A DNA stretch of 48,072 nucleotides from an uncultured Pseudomonadales bacterium (GTDB taxonomy: Bacteria; Patescibacteriota; Microgenomatia; UBA1400; MFAQ01). The notes under the pieces were generated by a model, which made no database searches, was not told the origin of the DNA, and saw nothing but the letters and a program-made list of their open reading frames with translations. The number at the start of each line of letters is the position of its first letter. Positions within the stretch are counted from its first letter, which is position 1. The stretch covers positions 1 through 48,072 of the forward strand of contig CAZGSP010000061.1 of assembly GCA_964528565.1 (NCBI GenBank), given 5' to 3'. The translations under genes and the position numbers were made by a program. Shown piece after piece: positions 35,994 through 41,695 of this stretch.

Positions 35994-36361
35994 GAACACA
36001 AATAAGTACATGGAAACAAGGCCAAACCATGGAACAAATTGCGGCCAGATTAGAAGACGTTCTTGGCTGGCAAGAAGCTGAGAAGAATGTCTACGAAGAA
36101 GTGATGGTTAAAAACGGAACCGTTCCTCAGTTTGTCAGTCAGACAGGTAACGCTACTGAGACTGAAATTGGTCGTATAGTCCACGAAAGAACTAACAGAC
36201 CTAATAGAACTTGGGACGAACGCGGACAAGACGCTGTGGAAGACGCCAAACAATTAGAGGCTGAGGAAGAAGCCAGACAAGTAGCCAATGAAAAGAAGTG
36301 GAAAACGAAAGAGCAGGAATACGAAAATATTCTGGACTCATTATCAAAACAAACTTACTAA
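35990..36361 (+). CDS. Hypothetical acidic protein (123 aa)
   Basis: It has an ATGA overlap with the 1175-aa gene. No family was recognised. Confidence 0.45.
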   Translation: MRTQISTWKQGQTMEQIAARLEDVLGWQEAEKNVYEEVMVKNGTVPQFVSQTGNATETEIGRIVHERTNRPNRTWDERGQDAVEDAKQLEAEEEARQVANEKKWKTKEQEYENILDSLSKQTY

Positions 36362-36517
36362 ATGTTTAAACAAAACCAAAAAATCAGTTACGAAGCTGGT
36401 TCGTTACCCAAACAGGGCTCAAGAGACCTGGCCCCTATTGTCCAGGTTCCTGTAACAAAAGAGCCTTTTAACTTGGGCTACGATAAAAACAAAGCTCCGT
36501 TTAAGAAGAAAAAGTAA
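36362..36517 (+). CDS. Small basic ORF (51 aa), not in the supplied ORF track
   Basis: It starts immediately after the previous stop and reads MFKQNQKISYEAGSLPKQGSRDLAPIVQVPVTKEPFNLGYDKNKAPFKKKK. The next ATG follows its stop directly. Confidence 0.3.
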   Translation: MFKQNQKISYEAGSLPKQGSRDLAPIVQVPVTKEPFNLGYDKNKAPFKKKK

Positions 36518-36694
36518 ATGTGGGGTTCTTGCCGAGAGTGTGGAGAGTATGCTTTTTTACGGAGTGACAAATTCTGTTCGGAAGAGTGTTCCAAGAAGCA
36601 AAATAAGCGACTAGCCACGGCCATAAAAGACGGTGTTGATGAGTGGAGAGCGCGGAATGATGTGCGAAAAACTTATGAGAGGCGGAAGGCGTGA
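36518..36694 (+). CDS. Small FCS-type zinc-ribbon protein (58 aa), not in the supplied ORF track
   Basis: It reads MWGSCRECGEYAFLRSDKFCSEECSKKQNKRLA... It has C-x2-C-x12-C-x3-C and the same FC(S)EEC motif as the 24713..25156 protein. Confidence 0.4.
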   Translation: MWGSCRECGEYAFLRSDKFCSEECSKKQNKRLATAIKDGVDEWRARNDVRKTYERRKA

Positions 36695-36711
36695 GGTGTA
36701 AAATCTAGCTA

Positions 36712-37182
36712 GTGGAAGCAACACCTTCGTCAATCACAATAAACCTTGACCCGACAACCTTAGCCGCCTGGTTCGGTGCCATTGTGTCTTTTTTCCTCTT
36801 TCTCTTCGAGATTTTTAAGTATAAAAATGACAAGGGCAAGCTGAGGTTTAGAATTAACTATGACATGGTTTTTGTCGGACAGACACTCAGTGGAGATATT
36901 AAGAAGGCGGAGCCAAAGATACTCTTCTGGACTATCGACCTTTCAAACCCAGGTACTAAAAATGTAGTTTTTAGTCAGATGTTTTTTGATTTTGTAGGAA
37001 CCAAGAAGCATGCCGTCATAACTCGTGACTACTATGGACCAATAAATAAATTTACGCTTCAGCCAGGAGAGTCCCACCAGTTTCTTATTCACCACTCTTT
37101 AGTTAACCCCAAAAAGGTCAAAAGAGTTATGGTCTTGGACGCCGTGGGTAACATATATAAGAAAAGGGTTAGGTATAAGTAA
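36712..37182 (+). CDS. Hypothetical protein with an N-terminal TM helix (156 aa, GTG start)
   Basis: It has a hydrophobic segment (LAAWFGAIVSFFLFLFEIF). It is the last AT-rich ORF before the proposed right end. Confidence 0.4.
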   Translation: MEATPSSITINLDPTTLAAWFGAIVSFFLFLFEIFKYKNDKGKLRFRINYDMVFVGQTLSGDIKKAEPKILFWTIDLSNPGTKNVVFSQMFFDFVGTKKHAVITRDYYGPINKFTLQPGESHQFLIHHSLVNPKKVKRVMVLDAVGNIYKKRVRYK

Positions 37183-37292
37183 GCCTGGCTTCCTGTCCGA
37201 ATAAGTCAAACAGCCTCCTCAACTCGTCAACAATGGTTCCAAAAAGTTCGAGTGAAGTAAATGTGGGGTCACAAATTGCTAAAACGCCGTTG

Positions 37293-37961
37293 ATGATCGA
37301 GTGTTATACTTCTCATCAAATGACTGAAATCGAAAATAAGTTTTCTTCGTTTAGGGATAGATGGAATAGTAGATCGTCTACATGGGACACCGATTTGTTA
37401 AATCCCGACCATTACGCCAATTTTGAGGAAGGATATCGAAAATTTCTCGATTTTGAAACAGTTGTTTTGGATGCTTTTCCAAAAGAACTGGTGGGAATTG
37501 ATCTTGGTTGCGGCACCGGAATTGCGGCAGAGCCTCTGTCCAAAAAGGTTAGCCAATTGATATTGCTTGATGTTGCCGAGCAAATGCTCGAAGAGGCAAA
37601 GAAAAAATATCCGGATGCGATCCTTCTTCATGAATCAGCCACGAACATTCCCCTGAATGATTGTTCGGTCGATGTGGCTGTCAGCCGGGGTGTGTTGATT
37701 TCTCATTTGCCACAAGGAGAATATTCAAACTTTTTAAGTGAGGTTCGGCGGATACTTAGACCGGGCGGTTTGTTTATTTTTGATTTTCTTAATAATCTAA
37801 AAACTGCCGATTTTCACTTATCGTCCGAGAAAACTGTTTTTACCAGAGAAAGCATTACGGAAGAACTAAAAAAGCATGGTTTCGGTGATTTGGTTTTTGA
37901 CGGCTCAGATAGCAATAGAGTTCTAAGAGTGGCTACCGTAAAAAGACTCTCAACCGGTTAG
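37293..37961 (+). CDS. Class I SAM-dependent methyltransferase (small-molecule/Methyltransf_11-like)
   Basis: Motif I is VGIDLGCGTGIAAEP, with an acidic post-I residue (LILLDVAEQM) and motif LRPGGLFIF. The start is uncertain (37233, 37293 or 37320). I avoid 37233 because that segment carries the att-like remnant. Confidence 0.65.
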   Translation: MIECYTSHQMTEIENKFSSFRDRWNSRSSTWDTDLLNPDHYANFEEGYRKFLDFETVVLDAFPKELVGIDLGCGTGIAAEPLSKKVSQLILLDVAEQMLEEAKKKYPDAILLHESATNIPLNDCSVDVAVSRGVLISHLPQGEYSNFLSEVRRILRPGGLFIFDFLNNLKTADFHLSSEKTVFTRESITEELKKHGFGDLVFDGSDSNRVLRVATVKRLSTG

Positions 37962-37992
37962 GTTTTTCTATACTTTGGGTCACAAATTTTGG

Positions 37993-38001
37993 TGGTACAA
38001 T
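37993..38001 (+). promoter_or_regulatory. Extended -10 element (TGGTACAAT) immediately upstream of the 38011 start
   Basis: TG-N-TACAAT ends 9 nt before the ATG at 38011, suggesting a leaderless or near-leaderless mRNA. Confidence 0.4.
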
Positions 38002-38010
38002 GTGATTACT

Positions 38011-38421
38011 ATGAGTGAAAAAGAACCCATAAAAGAAAAAGAAGGATATGAGGTTGTTAAGATCGTGTTCAACCACACTTACGACTTGAGTCTTGCCGGA
38101 CACGATCCATCGATGTTTGTTGATGAGCTGTATTCCCTGATAACACCAAACGGTTTGGAGTTAGTTCTGGCAAAGAGAGACGGTGATGGAAAATGGGGCC
38201 ATTGGAATTATGATTTTAAGACAAACAAAAAGACTTGGGTTGAGGTTGATATTCCGGAAAATCCTAGGGTAAAAATTATTGATTCTGATGGACAGTTTAC
38301 CGAAATGATGATACTGCTTGATAAATGGTCAGAAACGCATGAAGACACCGTAAGCAAGGAATGTAATGAATTCGTTGAAGCAGGATTATTGGATTTTTTA
38401 ACCAGAACCAATCAGATTTAG
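38011..38421 (+). CDS. Hypothetical protein (136 aa)
   Basis: The ORF starts MSEKEPIKEKEGYEVVKIVFNH... It is AT-rich and no family was recognised. The 148-aa version starts at a TTG inside the promoter-like sequence. Confidence 0.45.
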   Translation: MSEKEPIKEKEGYEVVKIVFNHTYDLSLAGHDPSMFVDELYSLITPNGLELVLAKRDGDGKWGHWNYDFKTNKKTWVEVDIPENPRVKIIDSDGQFTEMMILLDKWSETHEDTVSKECNEFVEAGLLDFLTRTNQI

Positions 38422-38439
38422 AGAAATCCTGGCCGGGTT

Positions 38440-38940
38440 TTACGGAACTCCCTGATTTTTATATTTTTTGAGATGCATCCAGGGTGCGGAGGGGAAATCG
38501 TTGATTAATCTTAGGATGTGACCAAAACGTTCTTGGTGCTGTTTGCGCCATTCCAGAAAACGATTTTTGGGGTAGTGAACCAAAAAGACAAAGCTTTTTC
38601 CTTTGGATATTAAGTCGGAGATTTTTTCATTTTGACCCAAGTCCCGGATATCAAACTCATCCACGACTATTATTTCCGAGTCTTCGAAATTATCATCATA
38701 AAGCCAACACGCGGGAAAGGTCTCTTTCCCCAGCTGGGCTCCCATAATCAAGGATACTTCGGGAACTCTTTCTCTTACCTCTACCCCAAAAGAAGTTTTG
38801 CCGTTTCCCGCCTGCGCATACACAAAAACTACCGGAGATCTGCTGAGACATTCAAGAACCTTAATAGTTTCTTCCCTTCGACAATACTCAAGTTGAAAAT
38901 TGTCTTCAGGTGTTCCGATATGTAGTTCTCTCTCCTTCAT
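38440..38940 (-). CDS. Small P-loop NTPase (166 aa)
   Basis: Walker A is AQAGNGKTS and Walker B is IIVVDEFD. No further family assignment was possible. Confidence 0.5.
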   Translation of the reverse strand: MKERELHIGTPEDNFQLEYCRREETIKVLECLSRSPVVFVYAQAGNGKTSFGVEVRERVPEVSLIMGAQLGKETFPACWLYDDNFEDSEIIVVDEFDIRDLGQNEKISDLISKGKSFVFLVHYPKNRFLEWRKQHQERFGHILRLINDFPSAPWMHLKKYKNQGVP

Positions 38941-38988
38941 GACACGATTGTATCAAGACGGATATCGATACGAAGTTATGATGTAAAA

Positions 38989-39010
38989 AAGTCCCGGGTT
39001 AGCGGGACTT
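38989..39010 (-). terminator. Rho-independent terminator of the PLD-like gene
   Basis: The minus strand reads AAGTCCCG-CTAACC-CGGGACTT followed by TTTTTAC, about 20 nt after the stop at 39030. Confidence 0.7.
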
Positions 39011-39029
39011 CGTAAGTAGTTTTCTGCGA

Positions 39030-40172
39030 TTATTTGGCTTGACAGGAATTGGCGAGAGTTTCGTGCGACATAGCTTTCATGCGTTCAAACTCTGCTTCAT
39101 AGGCGGATGCGAGTGACTCATCATATACGATCATAAGATTTTCGTCATTTTCCTTATCCGCACTGGCGGTGAAGTTGAAGGAGCCGAGAATGACTATCCG
39201 GCCATCGATGATGATAACCTTGTGGTGAAAAGTGCGGGGGTTCCCATCCAGGGTGACGTCGGCTCCTTGTTGCAGCAACGATGGACACTCGGAGTATTGA
39301 GTATCCGCGCCGCGTGTTTCGAAGATACCGGCGACCGAGACTCCCCTTTTAAGAGCGTTGATCATCGCCTCGCCCAAAGAATCGGCGGTAAAGGAAAAGG
39401 CCATAAAGTGAATGGATGTTCGGGCCGATCCAATGCGGCCGACAATTTTTTCCATGACATGATCTTCGGGGGCAAAGTAGATTTCGATTTTGATTCCGGC
39501 GACATTGATGATAGGGTGCGGAGTGTTCGCCGGAGACGAGGGACCAAACTGCCCGGAAAATAACTCTTCGAACTCGGTCGTGTAGTTCTCGGCGGCATCC
39601 GGTGAGCAGAAGTAGAGAGCGTTTTCGCTGTTCCGGTAAGCTGCGTTGACACTAATGTTAAAGGACCCGGTCCAGACACACTGTCCGTCAAACACAAAAA
39701 ACTTGTTGTGCATGAAGGCCGATCGATTGTCGGGAACTGCCGGTATGCCGGCACTTTTCAGCTTTCTTATCTGAGGATCCGGATCGGCAAACTCATCATC
39801 GTAGACGACTCGAACTTCGACACCACGGTTTTTGGCGGCTATCAAAGCCTGAGCTACATTTTCCAGTTCAAATTCGTAAACAGCCAGATCGATCGAAACC
39901 GACGACCGGTTTATTTTTTCGATTAGCCGGTCTTCTATTCCACCGGTGGTAACGTTATCAAAGGGAATTGCCGGAGAGGTGAAGTAAACTTCGTACCACA
40001 CATTTGAGGATCCGGCGGAGACCGTGGTGGGTGGCAGAAGAATCTCGGTAGGCGGAGAAGGCGGTATCTCTGGCGCGGTTTCAAATGTCGGACCAAGATA
40101 GAAATACATAGCGATAATGACAATGAGTGCCAGCAAAGGTGACCACTTAAGCTTGCTATTTGGATTGGGCAT
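39030..40172 (-). CDS. Membrane-anchored phospholipase D superfamily protein with two HKD motifs
   Basis: It has an N-terminal TM helix (LLALIVIIAMYFYLG) and a Pro-rich linker. The two motifs are HNKFFVFDGQCVWTGSFN and HHKVIIIDGRIVILGSFN, both fitting H-x-K-x4-D-x6-GSxN. Confidence 0.8.
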   Translation of the reverse strand: MPNPNSKLKWSPLLALIVIIAMYFYLGPTFETAPEIPPSPPTEILLPPTTVSAGSSNVWYEVYFTSPAIPFDNVTTGGIEDRLIEKINRSSVSIDLAVYEFELENVAQALIAAKNRGVEVRVVYDDEFADPDPQIRKLKSAGIPAVPDNRSAFMHNKFFVFDGQCVWTGSFNISVNAAYRNSENALYFCSPDAAENYTTEFEELFSGQFGPSSPANTPHPIINVAGIKIEIYFAPEDHVMEKIVGRIGSARTSIHFMAFSFTADSLGEAMINALKRGVSVAGIFETRGADTQYSECPSLLQQGADVTLDGNPRTFHHKVIIIDGRIVILGSFNFTASADKENDENLMIVYDESLASAYEAEFERMKAMSHETLANSCQAK

Positions 40173-40383
40173 AACGCTCCTCCAATCTGGATATAACTTT
40201 ATTGATCAGGTCCCGATTTAACGGATCGGTAGATATCCTATTGAGCAGTCGTACGACATGTATCTCATGATCCAGGTTTTGTGGTGACTGTTTTTCGACG
40301 TTATCCAAAAGTCGATAAATTCTTGAGGCGATCTCGTCGTCCAGGTTGTCCGTGAGAGTCTCATCGTCAAAATATCGGCACAT
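40156..40383 (-). CDS. Small hypothetical helical protein (75 aa) overlapping the PLD gene start
   Basis: The ORF has a 17-nt overlap with the downstream PLD-like gene. No family was recognised. Confidence 0.4.
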   Translation of the reverse strand: MCRYFDDETLTDNLDDEIASRIYRLLDNVEKQSPQNLDHEIHVVRLLNRISTDPLNRDLINKVISRLEERYAQSK

Positions 40384-40457
40384 ACAGCCTCCTTGTTAAG
40401 GTTCGGGTCGATTATATCAAGAAGCTAACCGGCTCTGTTAAATTAACCGAGTAAGTG

Positions 40458-40463
40458 TATAAT
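40458..40463 (+). promoter_or_regulatory. -10 element TATAAT 6 nt upstream of the Nudix gene start (leaderless configuration)
   Basis: TATAAT lies at 40458-40463 and the ATG at 40470. There is no room for a Shine-Dalgarno sequence. Confidence 0.45.
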
Positions 40464-40469
40464 TGACAC

Positions 40470-41144
40470 ATGACTGAAAAATATGACGTAACCAAGTACG
40501 AAAGACCGTCGGTTACGGTAGATGTTTTGCTATTTACGATCGAAGACGGGGAGCTAAAGATATTACTGGTTAAGAGAAACGAAGCTCCTTTTGAAGATTC
40601 TTGGGCACTTCCCGGTGGATTTGTCCGAATGGATGAGTCTCTGGATGAGGCGGCGAGTCGAGAATTGTCCGAGGAAACGGGAGTCAGGGATCTCTATCTT
40701 GAACAGCTTTATACGTTCGGAGACCCCAAGCGGGACCCCAGAACCAGAGTAATTACCGTTACCTATATGTCTCTGGCCTCAAATGCGGAGTGGAAGCTAA
40801 AGTCCACCGGTGATGTCAAGGAAGCAAGTTTCTTCCCGATCGATAGACTTCCCAAGCTTGCCTTCGATCATGCGGATATTGTTGACTATGGACTACAAAG
40901 ACTCAGAAGCAAGCTCGGATATACCAATATCGTGCTGGGTTTGTTGCCCGGATCGTTTACCTTAACCGAACTCCAGAGGGTTTATGAAATAATCCTAAAA
41001 ACGAGAGTGGATAAAAGGAATTTTAGAAAAAAGATACTGTCTACGGGACTGATTGTCTCTTCCGGCAAGAAACTGGAGGGAATCGCCCACCGGCCTGCTA
41101 TGCTTTACAGCTTCAAAGACAGAAAAATCGTCATCACGGATTAG
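40470..41144 (+). CDS. Nudix hydrolase fused to a C-terminal winged-helix domain (NrtR-like)
   Basis: The Nudix box GGFVRMDESLDEAASRELSEETGV is intact (G-x5-E-x7-REUxEExGU). The C-terminal part reads FTLTELQRVYEIILKTRVDKRNFRKKI, typical of NrtR-type regulators. Confidence 0.75.
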   Translation: MTEKYDVTKYERPSVTVDVLLFTIEDGELKILLVKRNEAPFEDSWALPGGFVRMDESLDEAASRELSEETGVRDLYLEQLYTFGDPKRDPRTRVITVTYMSLASNAEWKLKSTGDVKEASFFPIDRLPKLAFDHADIVDYGLQRLRSKLGYTNIVLGLLPGSFTLTELQRVYEIILKTRVDKRNFRKKILSTGLIVSSGKKLEGIAHRPAMLYSFKDRKIVITD

Positions 41145-41156
41145 ATCACCGAAAAG

Positions 41157-41684
41157 CTAGCGGACGAAGACTTTTTCCTTACGGACGATCTTCTTGGGAC
41201 CCTTCTTGATCTTTTTAACTTTAACCACTTCTACCTTAGGTGCGTTTTTGACTTTGACTGCTTCCGGTCTGGTCTTTTCTTCCTTTACGACTGAGTCCGG
41301 GATTTCTTTGGTAGCCTCAACAGGAACTTCGACCGCCGCCTTCTGGCCCTTCTTAACAAACACATCCTTGATCTTCGTGGCCTTCTTACCCAAAAGGCTT
41401 CTGAGGTAGTAGAGTTTGGCTCTTCTGACCTTGCCTTTTTTGACAATCTCAATACCGGTAATGGTAGGCGTGTTGATGGGTAGGATTTTTTCAACTCCTA
41501 CTCCCCCGGTGGCTATTTTACGGACGATGAAGTTTTTGCCTTCACCGATGCCACGGATGGCAATAACGATACCCTGAAATATTTGGATACGGGTCTTTTC
41601 GCCTTCTTTGACGGCCAAAGATACCTTTAGGGTGTCTCCAACACCGAAGCTAATTTTATCTTGCCATTTGATCTGATTTGCCAT
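41157..41684 (-). CDS. rplS: Ribosomal protein L19 with a Lys-rich C-terminal extension
   Basis: The L19 core is FGVGDTLKVSLAVKEGEKTRIQIFQGIVIAIRG...RRAKLYYLR. It is followed by about 60 extra residues rich in K/V/E. Confidence 0.9.
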   Translation of the reverse strand: MANQIKWQDKISFGVGDTLKVSLAVKEGEKTRIQIFQGIVIAIRGIGEGKNFIVRKIATGGVGVEKILPINTPTITGIEIVKKGKVRRAKLYYLRSLLGKKATKIKDVFVKKGQKAAVEVPVEATKEIPDSVVKEEKTRPEAVKVKNAPKVEVVKVKKIKKGPKKIVRKEKVFVR

Positions 41685-41695
41685 AGGTACACATT

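Larger units (their letters stand above)
21542..37272. mobile_element. Integrated element (cryptic prophage or integrative plasmid-like element) at the 3' end of tRNA-Glu; the right boundary is provisional
   Basis: A large serine recombinase abuts and overlaps the tRNA. The region also has an excisionase-type HTH, a replication-initiator-like gene with internal iterons, many small zinc-ribbon ORFs of unknown function, and visibly lower GC/CpG than the flanks. The octamer GGGGTCAC is present at both proposed ends (21542-21549 and 37265-37272). The right end could instead lie anywhere up to about 39.0 kb. Confidence 0.5.

Noticed and set aside
37977-37988. The 12-mer GGGTCACAAATT is repeated at 37266-37277 and 37977-37988, as a possible second att copy
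   Set aside because: Exact 12-mer repeats are expected dozens of times by chance at this window size. There is no extended flank similarity. I keep it only as a note to the attR hypothesis.
39030-40172. PLD-like protein as the nuclease component of a DISARM- or Mokosh-like defence system
   Set aside because: The N-terminal TM helix and Pro-rich linker predict an extracellular catalytic domain. No helicase or DUF1998-type partner is adjacent. The nearby methyltransferase has small-molecule-type rather than DNA-methylase motifs.
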